Part shown: one piece after another, positions 48,215 through 56,212 of the stretch
Position numbering within the stretch: position 1 is the stretch's first letter
Layout of the letters: each line of letters begins with the position of its first letter
Source: an uncultured Pseudomonadales bacterium
Lineage (GTDB): Bacteria; Patescibacteriota; Microgenomatia; UBA1400; UBA12108
Length of the DNA: 57,281 nt
NCBI GenBank assembly: GCA_964610445.1
Contig: CAZSVV010000003.1
Location: 14,137 to 71,417 of the forward strand
Direction of reading: 5' to 3'
Notes under the pieces: generated by a model
What the model was told of the DNA's origin: nothing
The model's database searches: none
The model's input: only the letters and a program-made list of their open reading frames with translations
Made by a program: the position numbers and the translations under genes

Positions 48215-48280
48215 AGCAGGATAGTATATATCCTATAATGATGATTATCAAGAATTCAAAGATGAGGTACAATAAATAGT
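48215..48280. promoter_or_regulatory. Divergent intergenic region with an inverted repeat and a -10-like box
   Basis: The inverted repeat AGGATA-gtata-TATCCT lies at 48218-48234, 4 nt from the start codon of the minus-strand gene. TATAAT at 48234-48239 lies 42 nt upstream of the acetyltransferase ATG. Confidence 0.35.
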
Positions 48281-48889
48281 ATGAACTTTCCCCTCAAAGA
48301 CAAACACGGCAAAAGTTATACCTGGAGCGAAGCCTTTTTTGGCAAAGCAATCCCGAGACTAGAGTCATACCTCCTCGACTTTACTCTCATGTGCTTAGAT
48401 TTAACTACCCTTATCCCGAGCCATACTCTCCGTAACTTTATATGGCGTAGTGTCGGCATCAAAATAGGTAAGAGCTCAACTCTCCATACTGGCGTCCGCG
48501 TGTATGATCCGCGCAATATCCAGGTAGGAGTAGGGACCATAATCGGTCGAGGTGTTTTTATCGATGGGCGAGATAAGGTCTCAATCGGTAGTCATACTAG
48601 TATCGCCAGTGAGGCGATGATCTACAGTAGCGAGCATGATCTAGCAGCTGCCGATTTTCGTGCCGTGAGCGAACCAGTCAAAATCGGTGATTATGTCTTT
48701 ATCGGTCCACGCTCCATTATCCTCCCAGGTGTAACTATCGGTGATCGAGCTGTAGTGGGAGCTGGCGCTGTAGTTACCAAAGATGTCGGAGAAGGCGAAA
48801 TAGTGGGCGGAGTTCCAGCCAAAGTAATAGGAGAGCGTAAGCTAAAAGCTGCCAATTACCGCCTAGGTCGTTTTAAACTATTTCAGTAG
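48281..48889 (+). CDS. Hexapeptide-repeat (left-handed beta-helix) O-acetyltransferase, WcaF/WbbJ-like
   Basis: The N-terminal hydrophobic segment is followed by 'LRNFIWRSVGIKIGKSS'. Hexapeptide repeats follow: 'IQVGVGTIIGRGVFI', 'VSIGSHTSIASEAMI', 'VKIGDYVFIGPRSII' and 'VTIGDRAVVGAGAVV'. Confidence 0.85.
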   Translation: MNFPLKDKHGKSYTWSEAFFGKAIPRLESYLLDFTLMCLDLTTLIPSHTLRNFIWRSVGIKIGKSSTLHTGVRVYDPRNIQVGVGTIIGRGVFIDGRDKVSIGSHTSIASEAMIYSSEHDLAAADFRAVSEPVKIGDYVFIGPRSIILPGVTIGDRAVVGAGAVVTKDVGEGEIVGGVPAKVIGERKLKAANYRLGRFKLFQ

Positions 48890-48912
48890 TTGACTACTAT
48901 AAACCATGAGCT

Positions 48913-49851
48913 ATGAGCCATAAACCGATCATCTCAGTCATTATTGTTTCCTACAACACCGCTAGTCTTACTCTAAAATGCGTAAAAAACGTAATCGCGA
49001 GTAAGGGTCTAGCCAAAACCCAACTAGAAATTATAGTCGTAGATAATAATAGCTCTGACAACACAGTCAAACTCCTGAGTAGTTCTTATCCAGATATCAA
49101 AGTGATTAGTAGTAAGAAAAATCTTGGTTTTGGCGGAGGCAACAATCTAGGAGTCTCAAATGCAAAAGGGGACTATATACTCCTTTTAAACACTGATGCT
49201 TTCCTACAGCCTGATTCACTCTCCAGGTTACTCGATTTTCTACAAAATAATCAAAATTTGCTTGCATTAGCCCCGATGCTTGCATATCAGGAAGGCAAGC
49301 TCCAGCAGTCAGTAGGCTATTTTCCTACACCCATGAGGGTGGTCGGGTGGATGTGGGGACTAGATAAAATCCCCCTCATAAAGACATTATTCTCAACCCC
49401 ATATCATCTATATGACCTATCTAAATATAATAGTGATCTCTCACCAGACTGGCTCATGGGCGCCTGTGTGCTCTTGCGCAAATCCGCTTATCAGAGTGTT
49501 TCTGGGTTTGACGATACTATCTTTATGTATGGCGAAGAAGTAGAGCTCTTTTACCGCTTAAAAAAGAAATATCCTAATCAGATGCTGCGTATACTAACCA
49601 CGGTAGTTGTCACACACCTCGGCTCGTATAGCTCGGATGCCGCAAGTACTTCCCGCCTGTTGTCAGAGCTAGACGGCATCATTACTTTTTACAATCTCCA
49701 CTTCCCCAAACTTACCTGGGCTATCAAAATGGTGATTAGTATTGGGGTAACCCTACGTATCATCCTCTTTAGTCTCATCCCATCTCGCCATCGTCTCGCT
49801 AGACAATACCTCTCTTACCTTGGACAAGCCAAGCAGGGCCGGGTACAATAA
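48913..49851 (+). CDS. Glycosyltransferase family 2
   Basis: Motifs 'ISVIIVSYNT', 'IVVDNNSSDNT', 'GFGGGNNLG', 'LLLNTDA' and 'FMYGEEVELFYR' are present. Confidence 0.85.
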   Translation: MSHKPIISVIIVSYNTASLTLKCVKNVIASKGLAKTQLEIIVVDNNSSDNTVKLLSSSYPDIKVISSKKNLGFGGGNNLGVSNAKGDYILLLNTDAFLQPDSLSRLLDFLQNNQNLLALAPMLAYQEGKLQQSVGYFPTPMRVVGWMWGLDKIPLIKTLFSTPYHLYDLSKYNSDLSPDWLMGACVLLRKSAYQSVSGFDDTIFMYGEEVELFYRLKKKYPNQMLRILTTVVVTHLGSYSSDAASTSRLLSELDGIITFYNLHFPKLTWAIKMVISIGVTLRIILFSLIPSRHRLARQYLSYLGQAKQGRVQ

Positions 49852-49856
49852 ACCCT

Positions 49857-51518
49857 ATGCGGCGCATCTTAGCCTGGTTAGACAATAATCTCCTCACTAT
49901 CCTCACTGGATTTTTGATAGTATTTATTCCTCTGTATCCCAAGATCCCGATGGCGGAGCTCATCCAGGGTTACATTGTACGTATGCGCCTCGAAGATCTG
50001 GTCGTGATGGCAACTAGTCTCCTCTGGCTGGTGCAGCTACTGCGACGTCGGGTCCACCTACCCAAAAACTACCTCTCTGTCTCATTCTTCGCATACCTCT
50101 GGTTTGCACTACTCTCTGTCCTCTCATCACTCTTTATTACTGAGTCTACTCCACTAGAGAAGGCTCATGTCCTCAAGCTGATCCTGCATTACTTCCGCCG
50201 TATCGAATACTTTGCCCTCTTCTTTATAACCTACAGCTCTATTAGATCTAAAAAAGATCTCTCACTCTTCTTAAAAGTCGCGCTTATTACTACTATCGGG
50301 ATTGTCTTATACGGGATAGGTCAAAAGTACTTTTACTTCCCTGCATTCTCGACGATGAATCGTGAGTTTAGTAAAGGTGTGAGGCTCTATCTGCAGCCCA
50401 ACACTCGTCTCTTTAGTACTTTTGGTGGTCATTATGATCTTGCGGGTTACTTAACTATCGCCCTAAGCTTTGTCTTACCAGCTGCGTACTTAGCCAAAAA
50501 GAAGCTCGCCAAAATTGGGTTATATACCCTCAGTGTCATTGCATATTGGTGCTTAGTCTTAACAACCTCACGTACTTCATTCATTGGCTATCTAGTTGGC
50601 ACTACTATTGTTTGTTACCTCTTAGTCAAATATCGTGGCTGGTGGTGGAGCATTAGGCACTACGTCCTCACTATGTTTATGAGTCTCCTTATCATGTTTA
50701 GCTTTAGCACGCTCCTTGAGCGCTTTACCCAGGTTATTCCTGATCAAAAAACCCGCGATACTATCCTCACTCTCCAAAAAATAATCAATCAACCATTTGT
50801 GAGTGAGCCACAGGGCAAGGACACAGTTGCAGAATTGCCAAGTCTCCTCGCGTTTATTTTTAACAACAAACAACTCAAAACCATCGATCTAACCGACGCC
50901 GAAAAAACACAGCTTGATATCGTCGCCTCAAGCTCCGATATGCCACCGAGTCCAGTCAAGCCTACTCCTACACCTCGTGCTGATCTCCCGACTGACGTGA
51001 GTGAGGAATCTGAGTCGATTAGAGTCCAAACTGCCGAAGATGAAGGGAGAGAATATACAGGTCCACAGTACAGCGCCAACGCCCTCAAATACGGCCTATC
51101 AATGGGTATCAGGTTAGACGTTCTCTGGCCTAATGCTATCCGAGGTTTTATGACCAACCCACTCCTCGGTACCGGCTATGCAACATTAGTCAAAAGTAAT
51201 GTCGGAGAGTTTACCTATGCCGAGAGTACTGACAATGACTATTTGCGAATGCTCGGAGAGACTGGGATACTGGGTACGATCGCATTCCTCGCGACCATCT
51301 ACCTAGTCATCAGATATAGCTACCTCATCCTCAAATCTAGCAATGACCAAGTAGATCTCCTCGCACTCGGGGCAATCGGTGCTACAGTCGCACTACTCGT
51401 GACCGCTACCTACATCGACATTTTTGAGAGCAGCAAAGTCGCCTATACCTACTGGATGTTAGCCGGTATGGTTGCATATCGCTTTGACAACTTGGCCAAA
51501 CTTAAGGAGAAAAAATAA
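49857..51518 (+). CDS. O-antigen ligase/polymerase family membrane protein (Wzy_C-type)
   Basis: It is polytopic. The Wzy_C-like core is 'LVLTTSRTSFIGYLVG', and the distal motif is 'ESTDNDYLRMLGETGILG'. The large loop contains a P/S/T/E-rich insert. Confidence 0.7.
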   Translation: MRRILAWLDNNLLTILTGFLIVFIPLYPKIPMAELIQGYIVRMRLEDLVVMATSLLWLVQLLRRRVHLPKNYLSVSFFAYLWFALLSVLSSLFITESTPLEKAHVLKLILHYFRRIEYFALFFITYSSIRSKKDLSLFLKVALITTIGIVLYGIGQKYFYFPAFSTMNREFSKGVRLYLQPNTRLFSTFGGHYDLAGYLTIALSFVLPAAYLAKKKLAKIGLYTLSVIAYWCLVLTTSRTSFIGYLVGTTIVCYLLVKYRGWWWSIRHYVLTMFMSLLIMFSFSTLLERFTQVIPDQKTRDTILTLQKIINQPFVSEPQGKDTVAELPSLLAFIFNNKQLKTIDLTDAEKTQLDIVASSSDMPPSPVKPTPTPRADLPTDVSEESESIRVQTAEDEGREYTGPQYSANALKYGLSMGIRLDVLWPNAIRGFMTNPLLGTGYATLVKSNVGEFTYAESTDNDYLRMLGETGILGTIAFLATIYLVIRYSYLILKSSNDQVDLLALGAIGATVALLVTATYIDIFESSKVAYTYWMLAGMVAYRFDNLAKLKEKK

Positions 51519-52937
51519 GTGAAAAAACTAAACTCTATTTTGATCTTTTTGATCATAATACTAGGCGCAACCATGCGGTTATATCGTCTCGATGCGCCTT
51601 TAGCCGACTGGCACAGTTGGCGCCAAACTGATACGGCGAGCGTCGCCAGGGAATATGTTAAAAAGGGGATAGACCTACTCCATCCGACTTATCATGATCT
51701 TAGTAGCATCCCGTCAGGTCTCGACAATCCCGAGGGTCATCGTTTTGTTGAGTTCCCGATCATTAGTGCGCTACATGCCACTCTAGCCAAAAACTATCCT
51801 GCACTCAGTATAGTGGAGTGGGGTAGGCTTCTCTCAGTGATAGCTTCGTCTATCTCGATCGGCCTTATTTATCTCATCATGAAGCAGGTTAGTGGCAACC
51901 TCGCTGCGACGGTTGCAGCCTTTGTCTATGCGACACTCCCTTATAACATTTTTTATGGTCGTGTCATCCTGCCTGAGCCTCACTTAGTATTATTTATGCT
52001 CGCTGCTCTCTACTCATTTATCCGCTATTACGAGACTGGTCGGGTGCTATCATTATTACTCTATACAGCAGCTACAACTTTAGCCGTGCTCATGAAGCCA
52101 ACCGCGCTAGTCGTAGCAATACCGATCGCTCTCTACTCGCTATTTGGAACCAAACTTAGCTTGAAAAGGTTGGGTATTGTTGCGTTAATGAGTGCTCTCG
52201 CAGTCTTGCCATACGCATGGTGGCGCAGCTACGTGGCTAGCTATCCAGCAGGCATTCCTGCTAATGCATGGCTATTTAATGGTAATGGGATTAGGTTCAA
52301 AGGTGCCTGGCTCAGATGGCTTTTTGGTGATCGTATCGGACGTCTCATCCTCGGCTACTGGGGCATGATCCCACTGGCGTTTGGTCTCATCGGTCTCGGT
52401 AGGAAAAAATCTGAGACCACAATAGTTGGCGGTCTAGCACTCGGTAGCCTCGTGTACATGTCAGTTATTGCAACCGGCAATGTTCAACACGATTACTACC
52501 AGATCCAGATAATTCCGAGTCTAGCTATGCTGATGGGTGTCGGCGTTAGCTACGTCTATTCTCTCCGGAAAACATTATTTTCTAAGCTTACTTTCTACTT
52601 TCTACTCGGTACTTGTTACTTTATATCCCTTGCTCTTGGTTGGTACGAAGTCAGGGGTTACTTTAATATTAATAACCCAGCCATCGTGGCAGCGGGTGAG
52701 CGGATCGACAAAATAACTAAGCCAGATGACAAAGTCATCGCTCCCTACATGGGTGATACTGCCTTCCTTTTTCAGACTAATAGGACTGGCTGGCCGATCG
52801 GAGGGGACATAGATCTCAAAATCAAATCAGGTGCTAGCTACTATGTCACGACCACTCGTGATGCCGAATATCAGGAGCTAATAAAGAAGTATACTTTAGT
52901 CGAAGAAACCGATCAGTACAGCATAATTAAGCTATGA
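51519..52937 (+). CDS. GT-C fold membrane glycosyltransferase (ArnT/PMT_2-like)
   Basis: GTG start directly after the upstream stop. The first loop reads 'PLADWHSWRQTDTASVAREY'. 472 aa, polytopic, with a soluble C-terminal domain containing 'DDKVIAPYMGDTAFLFQTNRTGWP'. Confidence 0.7.
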   Translation: MKKLNSILIFLIIILGATMRLYRLDAPLADWHSWRQTDTASVAREYVKKGIDLLHPTYHDLSSIPSGLDNPEGHRFVEFPIISALHATLAKNYPALSIVEWGRLLSVIASSISIGLIYLIMKQVSGNLAATVAAFVYATLPYNIFYGRVILPEPHLVLFMLAALYSFIRYYETGRVLSLLLYTAATTLAVLMKPTALVVAIPIALYSLFGTKLSLKRLGIVALMSALAVLPYAWWRSYVASYPAGIPANAWLFNGNGIRFKGAWLRWLFGDRIGRLILGYWGMIPLAFGLIGLGRKKSETTIVGGLALGSLVYMSVIATGNVQHDYYQIQIIPSLAMLMGVGVSYVYSLRKTLFSKLTFYFLLGTCYFISLALGWYEVRGYFNINNPAIVAAGERIDKITKPDDKVIAPYMGDTAFLFQTNRTGWPIGGDIDLKIKSGASYYVTTTRDAEYQELIKKYTLVEETDQYSIIKL

Positions 52938-54139
52938 AAATCCTCATGTTAACCCCTTATCTCCCGTACCCGCTGGTCTCGGGGGGTCAGATTAGGACTT
53001 ACAACCTCCTCAAAGCCTTGAGCACCAAACACGAGATCACGCTCTTTGCCCTGATTAAAGAAGATTCAGAACGGGAACACCTCTCGGAGCTCAAAAAATA
53101 CTGTAGCAAAATAATCTTATTCAAAAGAACCCGTCATCCTTTTGTGTTACGCAATATCCTCCTTGCTGGCTTTACGGCTTACCCATTTGTGGTGACCCGC
53201 AACCTCCCGCTAGGTATGGCAGGTGCGATAGAAAAGGAGCTCGCAACCACCGCTTATGACCTGATCCACGCAGAGACTTTTTACATGATGCCCAATATCC
53301 CAGATACTAAGATCCCGATTATCTTAGCTGAGCAAACAATTGAATATCTGGGTTACCAGGACTACATGAAAAAAGCTCACCCACTCCTTAGGCCTATCCT
53401 CGCGATCGATGTCGCCAAGATCAAATATTGGGAGCGACATTACTGGAAAAAGGCCGACAAGTTAATCACCATGTCTGAGGAAGATAAGCAGTTTATCGAA
53501 AAAGAATTGGGGACTAAGACTAACACTAGTGTCGTCGCCAACGGGGTAGACCTCTCCTATTTTTCCGCTCTCAAAAAGAAACTCCCCAAAGATCCCACAG
53601 TCCTCTTTGTCGGGACCTTTAAATGGCTGCCCAACAAAGAGGCGGTCGAAGAAATAGTGACCAAGATCTGGCCTCTTATCAAAAAAAAGTTGCCGACCGC
53701 CAAGCTTAAGATTGTTGGATTTTCACCTACCCCTCACATCCAGTCATATGCAACAGACCCTTCAATCGAAGTACTAGGCGCCATCAAAGATATCCGCGAA
53801 GCTTTTGCGACCAGTCACATGCTCCTCGCACCAATCAGGAGTGGCAAGGGGACTAGGTATAAAGTGCTCGAAGCCATGATCACAGGCACACCAGTAGTGG
53901 CCACTAGCTTGGCTGCCGAGGGGATAGAGCTCACAGATGGTCAAAATGTCTTGATCGCTGATACAGTTGATGATTTAGCAGCGAGTACTGTCAAGCTGCT
54001 CAAAGATAAAGCTCTCCAAACCCGCCTTGGTGAGGCAGGTCGGAGTGTAGTCAAACGCTCCTATAGTTGGGATGGCATCGCCAAACAGCTAGATGCAGTT
54101 TATCAAGAGTTCAAAATCTCAAAGAGTAAAAAGGGGTAA
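52934..54139 (+). CDS. Glycosyltransferase family 4
   Basis: 'MKILMLTPYLPYPLVSGGQIR', 'VLFVGTFKWLPNKEAV' and 'GKGTRYKVLEAMITGTPVVAT' are present. ATGA overlap with the upstream gene. Confidence 0.85.
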   Translation: MKILMLTPYLPYPLVSGGQIRTYNLLKALSTKHEITLFALIKEDSEREHLSELKKYCSKIILFKRTRHPFVLRNILLAGFTAYPFVVTRNLPLGMAGAIEKELATTAYDLIHAETFYMMPNIPDTKIPIILAEQTIEYLGYQDYMKKAHPLLRPILAIDVAKIKYWERHYWKKADKLITMSEEDKQFIEKELGTKTNTSVVANGVDLSYFSALKKKLPKDPTVLFVGTFKWLPNKEAVEEIVTKIWPLIKKKLPTAKLKIVGFSPTPHIQSYATDPSIEVLGAIKDIREAFATSHMLLAPIRSGKGTRYKVLEAMITGTPVVATSLAAEGIELTDGQNVLIADTVDDLAASTVKLLKDKALQTRLGEAGRSVVKRSYSWDGIAKQLDAVYQEFKISKSKKG

Positions 54140-54145
54140 GACTCG

Positions 54146-55048
54146 ATGAAGCAAAAACCTGATTTATCAATCATCATTGTCTCGCACAATAGTCACGATT
54201 TTTTGCGTCAAGCGCTCCTTTCGCTCGCTACTCAAACAAATATCACTTACGAAACAATAGTTGTCGATAACCTAAGTACAGATAACACCCTAGCACTCTT
54301 AAAAAACGAGTTCGGAGGGGTTAAGGTAATTAAGCGTGATACCTCTATCGGCTTTGCCGCTGCTAACAATGTAGGGATCAAAGCAGCTATTGCCGACACA
54401 CTACTTTTTATGAATCCCGATATTAGCTTTATTAATAGCACCGACCTCGCAGACTGCTACAGACGCCTGACTGGCGATAACAAGATTGCTTGCCTAGGTC
54501 CCAGAGTCACGCTATCACTCACTGGCGAGATCGACGCTACTTCACACCGCGGCTTCCCGACTCCATTTGCGAGCTTTTGTCACTTCTTTGGTCTTTCTAG
54601 TTTATTACCGAGTGCAGCTATATTTAATCAATACACAAAAAAGTATCTAAGTTACGACAATGAACATGAGATCGATGCGATCGGTGGCATGTTTATGATG
54701 ATAAAACGTGAGGCGGGGGAGAGTATCGGTTGGTGGGACGAGACTTTTGATTTTTATGGTGAGGACCTAGATCTATGCTACCGGCTTTGGCAAACAAACT
54801 TGAGAGTCCTCTATTATCCCTCTGTCACTATCAAGCATTTTAAAGGGGTAACTACGGGCATGAGCAAAGCGAGTAGAGCTGTCACTACTGCCTCAGCCGA
54901 AAAAACACGCCAGGTCCGCCGCTGGTCCATCCAAGCGATGGAGATTTTTTATCGTAAACATTACCAAAAAAAGTATCCATTTATAGTTAATCAACTAGTA
55001 TATTTGGGTATCAAAATACTTTATATAATTCGCGTAGGTCTTACCTAA
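54146..55048 (+). CDS. Glycosyltransferase family 2
   Basis: Motifs 'LSIIIVSHNS', 'IVVDNLSTDNT', 'GFAAANNVG', 'LFMNPD' and 'FYGEDLDLCYR' are present. Confidence 0.85.
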   Translation: MKQKPDLSIIIVSHNSHDFLRQALLSLATQTNITYETIVVDNLSTDNTLALLKNEFGGVKVIKRDTSIGFAAANNVGIKAAIADTLLFMNPDISFINSTDLADCYRRLTGDNKIACLGPRVTLSLTGEIDATSHRGFPTPFASFCHFFGLSSLLPSAAIFNQYTKKYLSYDNEHEIDAIGGMFMMIKREAGESIGWWDETFDFYGEDLDLCYRLWQTNLRVLYYPSVTIKHFKGVTTGMSKASRAVTTASAEKTRQVRRWSIQAMEIFYRKHYQKKYPFIVNQLVYLGIKILYIIRVGLT

Positions 55049-55068
55049 TTAGGTTATATAATTTATGG
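55049..55068 (+). promoter_or_regulatory. Candidate internal promoter (-10-like TATAAT at 55057-55062) in one of the few intergenic gaps
   Basis: The gap between the GT2 stop (55048) and the GT4 start (55109) is 60 nt and AT-rich. It contains the hexamer TATAAT. I found no convincing -35 element. Confidence 0.3.
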
Positions 55069-55108
55069 ACTTTAAAAACTTTATAAACTTTATGAACTTG
55101 GAACTTGT
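55069..55108 (+). repeat. Phased tandem repeat ACTTTAAAA / ACTTTATAA / ACTTTATGA / ACTTGGA / ACTTGT, directly abutting the ATG at 55109
   Basis: Read directly from the sequence. There are three consecutive 9-bp units (55069-77, 55078-86, 55087-95) followed by 7-bp and 6-bp degenerate units. Confidence 0.7.
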
Positions 55109-56212
55109 ATGAGAATCGCAATTGACGCACGCTTTTATGGGACAGAGCACACAGGGCTCGGTCGCTATACTACAAACGTCCTAAGTTATCTCCCAGACCA
55201 CCTCAAAGATCACGAGCTTTTTGTACTCTTACGCAGAAAGTATTTTGATACTCTGACACTGCCCGCCAACTGCACCAAAGTCCTCTTTGACGTCCCTCAC
55301 TACACTTTTTCTGAACAGCTCTTATACCCTCTAAAGCTCGCTTCACTAAAAGTAGACCTCTTATACACACTCCACTTTAATACTCCTATTTTGACAAAAA
55401 TCCCAACTGTAGTAACAGTACATGATCTAATTAAGTCTTACTTTGCGGGTCGTGAGACTACTACCAGAGCCCCCTGGCTATACCATCTCAAGCGAGCTGG
55501 CTACAATCTAGATGTGAGGCATAGCTTGCTAAATGCAAATGCAGTAATAGTCCCAACCAATACAGTCAAAAATCAGATCCTGGCTAACTACCCTCAAGTC
55601 AAACCAGAGCATATCCACCCTATCCCCGAAGCTCCTGATCTCAAATTTATGCACAAAATTAAAGGAACTAACGCTCCTCAATTATCATTTGATCTACCCG
55701 ACAAATATCTTTTGTTTGTCGGTAATGCTTACCCTCACAAAAATCTCCCTGTACTATTAGAGGCGCTCAAATTACTTAAGGATCCATCGCTCCACCTCGT
55801 GATAGTTAGCAAGCTCTCTCCCTTCCTCTCGCGTGTCCTAGCACCATACGAACCCAAAAATATCCACGTCTTGTGCGAGCTAAACGATAGCGAGCTGTAC
55901 ACCGTTTATCAAAATGCTACTGTGCTCGTCACCCCATCACTCATGGAAGGGTACGGCCTTGTCGGGTTAGAAGCGATGATGCTCGGAGTGCCTGTGATCG
56001 CGAGCAACATCCCAGTCTATCGCGAAGTTTATGGCGACCGTGTTACATATTTTGAGGCAAATAGCTCCGATCAATTAGTTGAGGCAGTCAAATCGGTACT
56101 AGCGAACGCTCGTCCAAAACCACTCAAGTTTACTCGCACCTGGGATAACGTCTCACAATCTATCGCGGAGGTGATTAATGCGAGTTGCGCTCGTCTACGA
56201 TCGACTAAATAA
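55109..56212 (+). CDS. Glycosyltransferase family 4 (mannosyltransferase-like subgroup)
   Basis: 'MRIAIDARFYGTEHTGLGRYT', 'TVHDL', 'LLFVGNAYPHKN' and 'SLMEGYGLVGLEAMMLGVPVIASNIPVYREV' are present. Confidence 0.85.
   Translation: MRIAIDARFYGTEHTGLGRYTTNVLSYLPDHLKDHELFVLLRRKYFDTLTLPANCTKVLFDVPHYTFSEQLLYPLKLASLKVDLLYTLHFNTPILTKIPTVVTVHDLIKSYFAGRETTTRAPWLYHLKRAGYNLDVRHSLLNANAVIVPTNTVKNQILANYPQVKPEHIHPIPEAPDLKFMHKIKGTNAPQLSFDLPDKYLLFVGNAYPHKNLPVLLEALKLLKDPSLHLVIVSKLSPFLSRVLAPYEPKNIHVLCELNDSELYTVYQNATVLVTPSLMEGYGLVGLEAMMLGVPVIASNIPVYREVYGDRVTYFEANSSDQLVEAVKSVLANARPKPLKFTRTWDNVSQSIAEVINASCARLRSTK

Noticed and set aside
48238-48279. A 13-codon mini-ORF (MMIIKNSKMRYNK) ending 1 nt before the acetyltransferase ATG.
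   Set aside because: Its start codon overlaps the candidate -10 box, so it would probably not be transcribed from that promoter. It has no repeat structure or stop/start overlap, unlike the 55065 mini-ORF, so it is likely chance in AT-rich DNA.
50789-51157. A 122-aa minus-strand ORF, the longest antisense ORF in the track.
   Set aside because: It lies entirely antisense to the P/S/T-rich coding segment of the Wzy-like gene. Its sequence is low-complexity (S/G/L/R-rich), as expected from the complement of that region, and it has no start context or motif.
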